NCBI GenBank assembly: GCA_965203295.1
Contig: CBDBCZ010000012.1
Span: 96,001-160,000 of the forward strand
Length of the DNA: 64,000 bases
Direction: 5' to 3'
Source of the DNA: Nitrospirales bacterium
GTDB lineage: Bacteria; Nitrospirota; Nitrospiria; Nitrospirales; UBA8639
Part shown: piece by piece, positions 39,073 to 52,040 of the stretch
Numbering within the stretch: the first letter of the stretch is position 1
How the letters are laid out: the number at the start of each line of letters is the position of its first letter
The notes under the pieces: generated by a model
The model's database searches: none
Told to the model about the DNA's origin: nothing
Seen by the model: the letters and a program-made list of their open reading frames with translations, nothing else
Translations under genes and position numbers: made by a program

Positions 39073-39450
39073 CTACATCTACATACCAGTGTGAACAGGC
39101 GAAGTGTATTAGCAGCAGCACCAAGCCTGCAATTATCGACAGAGTTGCTGTCACAATGTACGCAATGCCAAAGAACAAACATATCAAAGGAGTCTAGAAA
39201 GAGAGACAAACACAATAATAATTTACACAGCCCACATAATTAAATTCAGACGTCTACAAGGACAAACTACACACAGGTGTGTTTAGAAATTTTACTATGC
39301 ACGCACGATCCACTCTAATCACTACATTGGAGTGCACAAAACATTGTGACTGTTCGCATTTTGCCAGATCTAGAAAAGCATTGTATTAACATTTTAAAAG
39401 TGAGATGGGCCATCACTGAAGATGCAGTATGGTGAAGCAAAAGTCATATA

Positions 39451-40035
39451 CCGTAAACTCTGATAAATAACCGGGGGCGGTTATAATTAGAATTAGCAGC
39501 CTCAATGGGCGGTTACTTTTACATGGGCGGGTATAATCACAGATCGGTTATTTTTGCATGACAACTGTTAATAGCGTGGCAGATTTACAGAAACATCCCC
39601 TACGTTGAGAACAGCCCGGTAGATGTGGTGTCCCTTGAGGCAGGAAGCCTTCAGGCAGCCAATCTGAACGAGCTCCATAGCGCTTACCTTAGCTACCGTA
39701 GCTTAGCCTCGTTCCCAGAACCCTCCACTAACCGTAGCTAGGGTTTCTCGCTACAACTAACACCGACTTCTTGGTTTTCACAGTCTGATTCTCGTCGCTA
39801 TTCTGTACGGTCGTGTTCTATTAGCTGCATGCTCTGCTTGCTATAGACATTCACACGTGCAACGCTATTAATTTTACAGATTCAATTTCCTGCCTGGGCT
39901 GCACGTGAAAATTATGGGCGGTTATGTTTACATAGGAGGTTTTACACACGAGTAAACTGTTATTGCAGTAAATTGATCGGTTATACTAGAGGGGCGGTTA
40001 CCTTTAAGGGGGCGGTTATTTATCAGATTTTACGG
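39451..40035. mobile_element. pogo/Tc1-mariner-type MITE
   Basis: TIRs CCGTAAACTCTGATAAATAACC / GGTTATTTATCAGATTTTACGG with TA on both sides; subterminal GGGCGGTTA repeats. Confidence 0.85.
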
Positions 40036-40244
40036 TATGTACATGTAGATATCTAGTAGTCCATCAAAACCAAAATCTGCATTTGGCGTTAGAAATTTCT
40101 TTGGAAGGTTCGCTCCCACTATATTTGCTAGTAGACTCAGAGAGTCCATGCATTGTTTATAGTGGAAATTCCACTCCACTCACAACAAACAATCTACTAA
40201 TTAATCCTGACCCTAAGTAAGCAAACTTGTTAAAGTATGCTCAC

Positions 40245-42034
40245 CATTGAACAAGCTGTTTGCAATGAGTCCACAAGGTACAACAGGCATACGCGTGCCA
40301 TTAGAGTTCTCAACATTCCGTATGGGGTTACAGTCATCAGAGGGGTTCAAGAAGCTCCCTCGATTTCCTCGCAGCTGTTTCACATCCCAGGAGTTGACGT
40401 AGCGACGGTGGTTCCGGAAGTAGTTGCCAAGACCATAGTACATGTACCACGGAGAGCACAGCTCCTCCGGGACAGTGAAATTCACCCGGCAGTGGCAGTC
40501 TTCAAAATCACGCCTCTCAATGTTACTTAGAGCACTTATATTGGCCAGCTACTCGGAACACGTCTGGAAGTTATGTATGAAAGGGACATCACTAGGAATT
40601 AGTTCACAATTAGTGTAGGGAACTTCCAACTCACGTATCTGAGTATAGATGGGATGAAAAACAACAGTATACAGCAACAATATACAACAACAGCAGTGGA
40701 ATACTAATACTATCAGTAGAAATTGGCTGAGTCTTACTATAAAGTAACGCCACATACACATGTACATGTACATGCCAACAGGGTGATATTTGTATGGCCA
40801 AGTGTACTGTTAGCTTAAAAGCTACAGTGCTCAACGGGTATTCCCTATAGAGGACACCTTGTTTCCATGTGTGATCTTAATTTAATCTCTATTATATAAA
40901 ATTTTTGTAGCTCTCCAAAATATGTACACATCGCCACTCCATATTTTCTGGCCTCAACAGTACCTACTATAGACTGTACAAACTTCACCCGATAGTGCAG
41001 ACTGTAAATCACCTACTACTAGAGATACGCATACGCAGTGTAAGCCTCGCGCGCGAGCATTCAGTAGGTGTGGTTTGGTGGCGCGTGTTTAATGCTGTGA
41101 AAATTTGACAGAAAGGAAGGAGAAATAGCTAAACGTGCATGAGAATTCGATGAGTTCGACGATCTAAGTAAGGTGGCGCATTTTTCTCCAAAGGCGAAAA
41201 TTCACGCGGTGGTGACTTCTGTTTCTTCAGCAAAAAAGAGCAACAGTTGTTAGCTAATAAGTGTACGCACCTCTGGGCTAGTGGTTCCGCACTCTTTGGT
41301 CTTTTAGCTTCGGTTTTGTCCGTCTCTCGTTGCTAAAGATGCCTAGCTCTTTCCCTTCACGTCTCGTCCATGACTCCACTTCAGCCAACACGCGTGGAAG
41401 TAGCACGTGAGAAGTGAACCACAATAGGGCCGGCCACGCCATGCGCAGTACGCAGTCTAATTGCATTCCTAAGCGTGACACAGACATATATATATATATA
41501 TACATATATACAAACGCTTGCTGAGATGCGATGCAGGATTAGTTGCCTCGCGCTAAGGCGCTCGGCAATAAAGTAGGCAATTTGACGCTTCATCAACACT
41601 AATATTGATAGTGCTAGTCTCAGGGATGGTACAGAGAACGAGGCTAAACTACCGGAGTTGGCTAGGCCAGTGCTCAAGATACAAGCCGGTTAGACCATGT
41701 CTACTGGCGGGCTGTGAAGTAAATACACACACAATCCCTCGGGTTTCACCCTTGGAATTATGTGATAATGCTTAGGATAAACCATGGTCTAATTAACATG
41801 TAGCTCATGGTTAATGGTTGAGACTTGACTGGTATAATTCAGAGGGCTCTTACTTGAATCTACATGTACATGCAAATAAACATCACTGTTATGTTAGGTC
41901 CCTCATTGCAACAACAAGAAAGGTAACTCCGAGAGCAAGGAAGATCACCCCAACAATGAAGAAGACAAAAGACACATGACGGGCTGTGAAGACAGGACGG
42001 CACGCTGGAATCTGCTGCTGCACCCACTTGTTCT
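40245..42034 (-). pseudogene. CDC50: CDC50/LEM3 family (TMEM30, P4-ATPase flippase beta subunit) pseudogene fragment
   Basis: Exon 42034-41898 NKWVQQQIPACRPVFTARHVSFVFFIVGVIFLALGV (TM1) has no GT donor. Exon 40638-40245 IRELEVPYT..CSE*LAN..YMYYGLGNYFRNHRRYVNSWDVKQLRG..VPCGLIANSLFN has an in-frame TAG at 40549-40551. Confidence 0.85.
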
Positions 42035-43207
42035 CTGAAGGAAAGAAAGGTATGACAGAACGGGTCAAGAACTACAAAGAACTTCCGTCATTTAGCAGAA
42101 TAAAGTAACAACTTGAGACGGTAACTACAGTTGGGGCCTACTAGTAAGTGCCACCATAACATGGGCCTGAGAGCTAGACATGCACAAGTGGAAGATGCTT
42201 TGCTGAGCACAGATACAGGTGTACAGCTCAACAAGTTGCAAGGACATGCTACTTAGTGTGTAGGGTTTCATACAGGATTCTTTGGTGGAGGGGGGAGATG
42301 AATAGTGAACACACACACGTGAAATATGCTGCATGTACAGTACATGTATGCTCTTCTACAGGGGGGGGGGGGGGGTTGGGGGCATTTCTTCTAGAAAATA
42401 TTTGAAAAAATAGTTGCCTAGAAATGGAATTGGGGTACTGGACTATCAATGGAATTATGATATTAATTTTTTCAAAATTTTTGGAGTGGAGATCCCAGTG
42501 TACTGCCCTCTATACAAAACCCAAAATGTTTGAAGAAAATAGATGCCTAGATGGGTACTGAACTTTGGCTGCTAGTAAACTACCAAACACTTGTGTTCAA
42601 ATCAATGGAATTTTTCTAAATTCTTGGGGGTGGAGATTCTAGTGTACTGCCCTCTATACTAAACCGGAGTGTGGTATAATTTGTAAGTGATTACTGCTTA
42701 TGAGCTGCCCAGCTGTGAGTACAACAGCAAATAATATTGTGGTGCCTGAGAACACTTGTGTTAAAATCAATGGAATTATGACATTAAGAAGAGAGAGCTA
42801 CGTATATTGGTGCAGGAAGATTAAGTATCGTAATCCACCAATGGTTAGCATAGTTTGAGGTGTGCTCAGAGAGCAGAAATTAGGCAGAAGAGACTAAGGA
42901 AACTGAAGAACATCTGAGGCTCTTAGTAATTGATGAAGATTCCTTCAAAGAATGATGAGAAGGTTTGAGACAATCACAGCGGGTTCATCTGTTCACCTTC
43001 TTTCAGCCCTATTTAAACTAGGGCAGTCACACTTTTCTTTCTCTACTCCAGCAGCTCACGCTGACACTAATGTGGCTTTGCATGGCTATCACTGTCTGGA
43101 TAGAACATGGGCTATGTACGTATCAATATATAGTATAGGCTCTTAGTAGTAGGCCAAGTGTTGTATTACAACAGTGCAGGTTGCATGAGTTTATAAGCCT
43201 ATACATA

Positions 43208-43452
43208 ATATGTACGTACTTACATGTAGTTGACAATACACAATTTCTATACATGTAATAAGCTAATCATTTTAGGATACAATAATATATATATAGCATT
43301 GCAAGTAATATGCTGCAGTTTGCCTTCTGCATGATATGTACGTACATACATGTAGTTGGCAATACATGCTTTCTATATGTGTAATAAGCTAATCAATTTA
43401 GGATGCAGTAATATAATTATAGCAAGTAATATACTGCAGTTTGCCTTCTGCA
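43208..43452. repeat. Tandem duplication of a ~125-bp unit
   Basis: ATATGTACGTAC...TGTAATAAGCTAATCA...CTGCAGTTTGCCTTCTGCA x2. Confidence 0.85.
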
Positions 43453-44043
43453 GCATTAATTGCATCGCACACTATGTGCTATCTCATACTGTGTTGTGCT
43501 ATAATTAAAATATTCCCAAGTAGTACACAGAGGGACTGATCATGGATAAGGACACATCTTGACTCAGCCGCTGACTCATTACTGTATTTTCTGAACTTGA
43601 AAATTTAATTGTTGTCATGTATTGTTTTATCAATTTTCTTTCATTGTATTGTTGCAATAGATATTGACGATTATACACTTATTGCCCTAGAACATTAACA
43701 TCAAGAAAATTTAAAAATCGTTTTCCAAACATGCTAATTAGAATTTCCTCACTGGAATTGGAAGTGGTGCAATGTGATTTACGCTTCATTTGCCGTAAGT
43801 TGTTGGTCTTCCCAGCACTTGTTTCAATTCTTTCATGAAGACAACATCCATGCTATTGCAAGAGGTGCCATTTAACATAAGTGTATGGCACTACAATGAG
43901 CATGCCACTACAACGATATGTTGTGTATGTACTGCAAACCTCATCTTTATCTCTCACACTTGCAACATTAACAGACAGTTGCTCACAGATGGAGTCTACC
44001 ACATAATCATCTGGGCAGAAATAAAGGCAGACTGAAAGCTGCT

Positions 44044-44448
44044 TTGAAAATACATTGATACTAAACACAGCAGTAAAATCCCCAGATAGTATTTAAAGCT
44101 GCATTTTCAGACACCGAGATAGTGTAATGGCCGGCACGGAATATGGGGAAGCTGCAGCTCCTTTGTGAGAGAGACAAGAACACCAGTATATAGTCTCACA
44201 CCTTTTACACATAGTACAACACACTACACACTATGTGCAAAAAGCTGGGGAGTGGAGACGAAAATGAGGCTATAGCTAGCTACATATAGCACACACACAC
44301 ACACCTCCACATACCAATCAAGGGGTTTGCTCTCAGGCCAAGCACTATGAGACATGTGTTCACTTTCGGTACTTCCAGAAGACTGACTGCCCCACCAGTA
44401 GTGACACCACAGGACTGGATATCTATGGCTGGGAGTTACAGAAGTAAG
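44044..44448 (-). pseudogene. ~400-bp near-identical duplicate of 24697-25099 carrying a copy of CEP78 exon 7
   Basis: Direct sequence match; the exon copy reads VLGLRANPLI versus [10 protein letters not shown]. Confidence 0.9.
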
Positions 44449-45193
44449 TGAGTGCAAGCATCATTTACCTGTTGCAGTTTAACAAGCTTACTGTCTGTTG
44501 TGGCTATATCTTTGGTTGCTGTGTGTGTGCACGCTCATTTGTAGATTGTGGATATACTGCCACTGCTAAATGCTGAAGTTTACAAAGTAGCAGAAGTGGA
44601 AGAAAGCATGGAGAGCTCATGGCTTGTGTAATAGAACTGTCGTGTTGAATATTAACATTGCAAGTGAAGAGTGAATGCTGTCAGTTTTTCAGACTAATTT
44701 TCTGTTTATTCACCACTGCTCATAATTTATATCCTCAAATGAATTCATTAACCAAAAATAATAATTTGGACGAGTAATTAGAAATTATATGGTACACTGC
44801 CACAAACAAAAGATTAAGGGGCATGCATAAATGATATGAAGGCATGATCAAGAGAGACAAAGCTAATAGCACTGCAAGGACATACAGCCAAAAGCCATGT
44901 AGTGGCCTAGCAGTGAAGGCATTGGGCTTGAGCATACACAATTCATTACATCAGCATCTCTCAGCTGGCTCACCAATAATACACTTACACTTGGCCGTGT
45001 GCATACCAGCTCAAACAAAACATACCTCGGCATAATTATAGGCTGCTTTGCTATCCACTTCTTGGAGCTACAAAGTGAAACAAAAACAGTTACGGTTGTA
45101 ATCTTGGAAGTACATAAGGTCCCTTTTAACATAAACACTTATTTTGCCATTTCCAAATTTCTTGTACCCACACAAACCCACCAAATATTAGTA

Positions 45194-46298
45194 CAGTGGA
45201 GTCTCAATTATCCAAACCTTGATTATCCGGCACCTCGATTATCTAGATTGAAAAGTTGTAATGAAGTTCAGAGATCAAAGTGCATGTGCATTGACTAGCT
45301 AGTCTCTTCAAGAGTTTCTTCGAGTTTCTTTGTTCCTTTTGCAGTTCAAGGCTACTACAAAGCATAAAAGAGTTGTTCTGTTGATTGCTTCGATAAAAGT
45401 AGAGGTGATAAAACTGCTGGAAAAGTCTGTTTCTTACACTGTAAAAAGTGAGAAGCATGGGATAGAAAGGAGCACTGATGCTGATATTAAAAAAGAACCG
45501 AGAGAAGATCCTTGGTTTCAAGAGTGAGATGGTAAGCATGGAAATGAGTAGGAAAGCCAAAGTTAGGTAATGACAAGAAGCTAGACAAGGCAGAGTAAAG
45601 TATCTGTGGTTTAGGCAGAAGGGGATGGAGGGAGCCCCGGTCAGTGGACCAATGCTGTGTGAGAAGGCTGTTGAGCTCAGCAAACTTCTACATAGAGAAG
45701 CAGCAGGATTCAGTGGAAGTGAAGGATGAAAGTGGAGGTTTTGCAAAAGGCATGGGATCCAAATTCTCTCTGTTTAGAAAGAGAAGCTTTCAGTTGACAA
45801 GGAAGCAGCTAATCATAATCAGGTCTTCAACTGTGATGAAACTGGTTTAAACGTTCAAATCCCACCAGATGTCACTATGGCTACATCATTCGAAAAGATA
45901 AATGATGAAAAAAAAAGGCGAAGGAACATGTCTATCTGAATGTATGCAGTAACATTTTGAGCACCACATGGCTACCTCTCCATTTGCTCGGTAAGGCACA
46001 ACGTCCACAGTGTTTCAAGGATTGAAGATGGATCTATTGACAGGGAAGTAATCTGGCCAAAAAACATCTTGGATAACCACCGACTTCTTTCTAGACTGGT
46101 TCCATCATAATTTTGTCCTATACATCAAAGAAAAGCTTGGTGAAGAACCCAGTGCAATACTAGTTCTGGATAATTGCTCAGCCCATCCAGATGCCGCAGA
46201 GTTATAACGATAAAATCTTTGGTAAATTTTTACCACCTAATGTGAGCTGTCTCATCCAACCTATGGATCAAGGTGTTCGGATAATAGAGGTTCCACTG
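45194..46298 (+). mobile_element. Defective Tigger/pogo (Jerky/CENP-B-like) DNA transposon
   Basis: TIRs CAGTGGAGTCTCAATTATCC / GGATAATAGAGGTTCCACTG with TA TSD. Relics KHKRVVL, YLWFRQKGMEGAPVSGPMLCEKA (HTH), VFNCDETGL, AILVLDNCSAHP, FLPPNVSCLIQPMDQGV (DDE_1). Confidence 0.92.
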
Positions 46299-47665
46299 TA
46301 CCCTCAAGCTACTGCATCAAGCAGATACATGTATCATATGGATTTGTCCAGGTGTGAGTTGTGTTCATGTGTAGGTATGTGACGAAAACCAAAGCCGCAT
46401 GCGTGCACTCCCGCATATACTTTAACCTATGACCTATTAATGTAACAAGTTTGACATTTCATGTCTAAAAAAAACACCTGGGAACCTTTCCCATACAGTA
46501 CACACAACTCAGCTCAGGCCAAGCTAACTGCAGCTGTAAAACTACAACTTATAGCTACAATAGCCTTTAGGCATCCTGCAAAAACTGATAAGCAATCCAA
46601 CGCAGTACAGTGAAAGTGTTGACTTGGCAGTCTTGTTGTGCGCTTACAGATAGTAGCTATACATAACGAAAACAGAATTTTAACAGCTGCCTACCATATT
46701 TTCGCCGTCTTGGCAACACAGTGAACACACAAATACCTCCATTTGCTATAGCTTGGCCTACAACCTACTATATACTGCAGTTGCACAGTAACGTATGGCA
46801 TACTGTATTGCACACGTGATAAGTGTGGACGCACAAACAAACAAATAAACGCAAAAAATGTAAAGCAATCTTAGGATACTTGCTCCTTCTTGCAAATAGT
46901 ATAAGATGACACTTACTTTTTCTACGCAATAATAAACTTCGATGTACTTTTAAGTCGTGACCAGTGAACGTAAAAGCACATGCTCAGACTGAAGTATTAG
47001 ATCAAGATCATACCTGCTCTTTCCAGCGAATAGTACAAGACAGTGCTCACCTTTCCAGCGACATTAGACAATGATAAATCAGTGATGTAGCTACTGACAG
47101 TCTTTCACTCTTGCTACGATTACTGTGATTGAGTGTTTCGCAACTTGTAGCCAAGATTTTGTGTCTTGACAGTCTGTATTTGATGCTAGTTGGTCATTTC
47201 CTCCAGGGAACATATATACGCCTTGGGGTACAAATACACCACTTACTACATACTTCCAAGTACAAGGCGTATATATGTACATGCAGTAAGAATAGAAATG
47301 GTTAAGCTATCAGACAAGTATACAAGTTTACCTTAGTATTGAGCTCAGCTATTCTGGATGTGAAGTGCTTCCTAATCATATCTTCTCTTAATGCCTCATC
47401 ACTCAGTTCCTGTGATGTAAAGACGGAGTGCATGCCTTATAAATTCAAACAACTTTACGTACATTTGTATTTGTACCATAGTTGTAAGTCACTTGAAAGG
47501 CACCGCCATAGTGTACAAACCCCATGTACTTAGGCGGTGCCTTTCAAGCCAGGGTACATCCATGTACCCCAGGGTACATGAGGGTTGCTGGGCAACTGTA
47601 GCTTCTTCTCAAAACTGTGAAACAATTAGCGGGTACTATAAAAGCTACTATGGCACAAGTCATCT

Positions 47666-47776
47666 GTACCATGGGTTTCTAAGGTGTATGGGATTTGTAC
47701 CCTCGTGCAGTAGTATGTCTTCCCTTGGGCTTCGCCCTCGGGTACAAATCCCATACACCTTGAAACCCATGGTACA
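47666..47776. repeat. Palindromic MITE-like hairpin
   Basis: GTACCATGGGTTTC..AGGTGTATGGGATTTGTACCC / GGGTACAAATCCCATACACCT..GAAACCCATGGTAC. Confidence 0.75.
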
Positions 47777-49219
47777 AATATAACATGTATCACAGCTATT
47801 GTGCTATACACTCTAGTAAAAATTGATAGCTACATGCAGTATCATGCACACTCAGTGCATCAGACCTTAGCACATACGTATTATACTTGTATCAGGTCTT
47901 ATTAGTTGCACCAGCTCCTTCCTCTGCAGAGCTGCTCACATTTGAAGATGCCAACTTATTGACCAAGCTCTTTTATGCTAACAGTGGCAGTGCACACGAC
48001 AATTACATCTTGTGCATCACCGCATGCAAATTAATTTACCTAATGCATTTCATTAGTGTCTGAGTAGAACGTGCTGTGAGTGTTTAGTAGACAAAACAGC
48101 TATTGGTGACTCCCAGCCATGGAAGAATTTGTGTGGTCTTTATATGAATGCAAAAGAAGCCAATGCATTGAATTTTCAGCTGTTCTAAACCAGGAAGTGT
48201 AGACAGCAAGTCTTGAGTGTACTAGCAAGCCTTAGCATGGTAGCTAGAACCTTTCCGTGCTGCTTATGTCCCCACTTATGAAGTAGAGTGGTTAGATGGA
48301 TAGTCCATGCCTTGAATACGGCCACTGAAAGCCTTAGTGCTTGATCCTGCAAGTGCTCTATGTACCGTGTATCAACGATCTGGCTGTTACTTGTGTGTTT
48401 GTTGTTCGAAATGACTTCCAGCATTTAGGTCATGAATATCTATTTGTAGTTACAGGCCTCTCGCATGCAAGGAGCTAAGGCTACTATGGACCATTCTGCT
48501 GTGGCTATATGTTTCCATTAGGCTCATCACTACCTGAATTGTCTTTCCATCCTTAATTAGTGAAGTAATTACAGGCCCATGTAGAAGTTACGCGCCTTCC
48601 TTTGGGGGTGAGGACATTTTCCTCTGGTATATAGTAGTGTATATGTGTAGTACCTACATTTGGTGTATGTTATATATGCATACATAGTCAGCAAACTATT
48701 GATTGATAGTACCATTAGCCTTGACGATTGCGGTTACCTGAAAAACCACAACCTTCTACTCCGTTGACCTAATCTCACAACTACATGTATCTAAATAGCT
48801 CACCTCTTCAACACCAATTGCTGCTAGTGAACCAACCTGGAATTAAGGATTAAGCAAGGAGATCATTGCAATTCGTATTAGGTTAACCAATTATCAATAA
48901 TACACAAGAGAGCAGAGATTTTAACTTTAAGGTAGCCTTATTCGCAGTCTCCACTGCCAATGTTTCTTTGCATAATGAAAAAGACAAAACAAAAAAACAC
49001 CGCCCCTACTAGTTTATATGGCAAAAAAAGGTGGTAGTAAAAACTGGGAAGCAGAGAAGTGAACATTGCATGATAGAAATGATTAAGTTATATTAGCTAT
49101 GGGGATTCAAGCAGCACAGCTCATCTTTCTATCTTCACCGATGGATGTGGGCCTTATTTGTACTTACTGAGCTCAAATTAACATGTTAAACAGAACAAGC
49201 TGTAGTTGGTGGTTTAGCT

Positions 49220-50905
49220 ACACGTATGAAGAACAGTCATTGAGATGAGCAGGAAGAGAGTTCCAGAGCAAAGGAGTGGAGGAGAGCAGAAGTGCAAGTG
49301 GAAGGAACATGCAAATTTCTAGGGTGGTAGGAATCAGGAAGGCGGTTGGATAGAGAAAGCATTAGGAGGAGAGTAAACATAGCTATTAAGAATTTAGTTG
49401 AGGAGATAGAGAAGGTCAGTTAAAGTGGCGAAGAAGGGAAAAGTAAGAAGATGAGCTTTTGGAACCGAGCTAAAGAGCGAAATATTGACATTGAACTTTC
49501 TCAAGAGAAGGAATGGAAGCAGAACTGTTCTATCTCGTTCTGTTCTCTTCAAGCTCTATGTCCCGCTCATTCGTCCACATCTTGAAAAATAATGAAAGAG
49601 GAGACCAATCCGTCTTCTAGATTTACAGCAAATAGGCTGACTATGGGAAAACCAGGAAAAATCAGAAGAAACAGTAACACCAAAGTATTTGTACGTTGAG
49701 ACAAAGAGAGGGGAGAGAAGATAGGCAAGAAACTTAGTTTTAGAAGAATTAATGATAAGTGAACGAGAGGATATCTAAGAAGAAATAGGATCGATGTTAC
49801 ATGGAATAAGCAGAAGCAGAACTGCACGGTTGAAATAAAAGAAAGTCGTAAGCATACATAACTAATCTGGCAGAGGAAGAGAGAGGAAGAACATTAATGA
49901 AAATATTAAACAGAAGGGGACCAAGAACAGAGCCCTGGGGAACACCAGAGAGAACACAAAATTTAAAAGAAGAATAACCATTAATAACTACTTGTTGGTA
50001 CCTATTAAGCAAACAATTACATGTATGTAACCAGAAGATGAGGTAGTGCTGTGAACCTGGATGAAAAATATAACCACTTAACTGCACTGCCGATTAACCA
50101 GTTAACTGAACTTTTTTACCTCAGCTGGCTGAACAATAGCAACCAGTAAACTTTGGACGAGTTGCAGACAAAGAGCTTACTGTAGCTGAGTGATGCTTCA
50201 TCCGTAGGTGATTCTTGAATGTGCCCCACCATTGGGAACTTTCTGACTGCATACGTAACTTACAGATTGCGCGGCTGTCCTCGAGTAACTTACCACTGTC
50301 ATCTTTCGCGAAACCAATGTGCTTCCATACAACGGAGGTCCTACTGAACGGAGAAATAACCATGGGGCCGGGGATGCGACAGAGCTAGAGCTCAACGATG
50401 ATGTCGATGGTGACTGACTACCCAGGCTAGCATCCATCTTCGACTACACTATACTGTCATACGTAGTTAAGTAATATACACATGCACACAGTTCACTCGA
50501 TGGTGGCTATTTCAAACCAATAACCTATAGAATGATTTTAACTGGTCAATTAACTGGTTAACTGTAACCAGTTCACAGCACTAAGATAAGGTGAGGAGGA
50601 AACCAGAAAGAACAGAAAGTATTGAGGAGATGATGCGGAACAGAATAAAAGGCCTTACAAAGATAAAAAAAAAGCACAAGAGTTGTGTGAATCAAGTAAA
50701 GAAACCCATTTGTGAGTGACAGAGAGGAGAGTAGATACAGTAGAAAAACCAGGACAACAACCAAACCGAGAATTGGAAATGAGATGATGGTAAGTACAAT
50801 AATCAATAAATAACAAAGTGGCACTCTATTACTATAAGAAGTAGAGAACTAGGACAATAATTGGAGAGAGAAGATGAAGGGGTTTTAGATTTAGGAATAA
50901 AAATA
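49220..50905 (-). mobile_element. Degenerate L2/CR1-group LINE RT to 3' end, interrupted by a hAT derivative
   Basis: FFYLCKAFYSVPH, QQVVING..SGVPQGSVLGPLLFNIFIN..MYAYD (YADD-like), LWNSL near the 3' end. Confidence 0.88.
50044..50583 (-). mobile_element. Non-autonomous hAT element with BED zinc-finger remnant
   Basis: TIRs TAGTGCTGTGAAC / GTTCACAGCACTA; 8-bp TSD AGATGAGG / AGATAAGG; SVVWKHIGF...AICKL...KNHLRMKH. Confidence 0.85.
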
Positions 50906-51842
50906 TACTCACGCCACTGCCATAGCGCTTACGCCATTGGCCATGCACCCACATACGTACGCAGGCAAAGCTTTTAAGATCTCCAGTCAAAGGACAAGGT
51001 TTACTTGATTGGTTGTCCAGTTTGCATTTACCATGTTTACTGCCTACAGAAGTGTAAACAGTGAATTTGAGTCTTACATCAATCTTCATATGGGATTCTG
51101 TGCAGATGAACTGGACACTTTCAGACTTGGTTTGTAAATTCTATTGATGATATTTTGTGGTACATGTACATGTACATTGATGGACAATATTTAAAGTTTT
51201 AAGGCCGACACAAGCATAGAAAAGTTCCACTGATTCCCAACAAGGGCATCCTTTGGCAGGAGAACAGAAAGAAAAAGACCAGACTGAAAGCATAGACAAG
51301 GATACTGTCACCATGATGATAGGAGTCCTATGCACTAGTACATACAGCATGAGACCACATAGGACAAGCATAGATTACATCATGCTCTCTAAAGAAATGG
51401 CTATCTACTGCGCAGAAGAGAGAGACATTAAAACAAACTGAACATGATGTATTGGAAATTATAATGCACACTGTGGTATTGAGGAAAGTAGCTAACATAA
51501 TTTTAGGTATAGATAACAATAGCAGGTCATAAATTGATTCCCTTAACAACTGTGCTTATACTGATAATCATACTTCACCCGATGTAAGCCATCTATAAAC
51601 ATGTACATATATAATTACGCAATTCAACAGAGCAAAACGTACTGAACTGGACAGTGGCTGAGCTGGAAGGTTGCCAGCAACTGAAGTCTGGTGGCAGAAG
51701 GTGATGTGTGCATTGCAAATACATGTACACTTGGTAAGCATAGAAGAAATGATAAAAGACAAGCACCAAGAAGTATGTTACTGGTTACAGCATTTCTAGT
51801 TTGTCATATGTGATCTAGTGTGCCCTGTTAGTCTATGTCCAT

Positions 51843-52040
51843 AAATTGACACATAGTGAAATGCCGCCGATGTTTTAGAACTAGAACACTGAATGAAAAA
51901 AGCAGATGAATTGTCACATAGTGCATATGCTGCCAATGCTTTATATAAAACTCGAACACTGACTGGAAAGAGCAGCTGAATTGACACATAGTGAATATGC
52001 TGCCGATGTTTTAGAACTCGCTGAAATTTGCATAGTGCAG
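51843..52040. repeat. Short tandem array, ~65-70-bp unit, about 3 copies
   Basis: AATTGACACATAGTG..ATGCTGCCGATGTTTTAGAACT recurs. Confidence 0.75.

Noticed and set aside
50990..51510. Possible hAT (DUF4371-like) transposase remnant
   Set aside because: Only a faint resemblance (..VLEII..TVVLRKVA..); too degraded to support without a search
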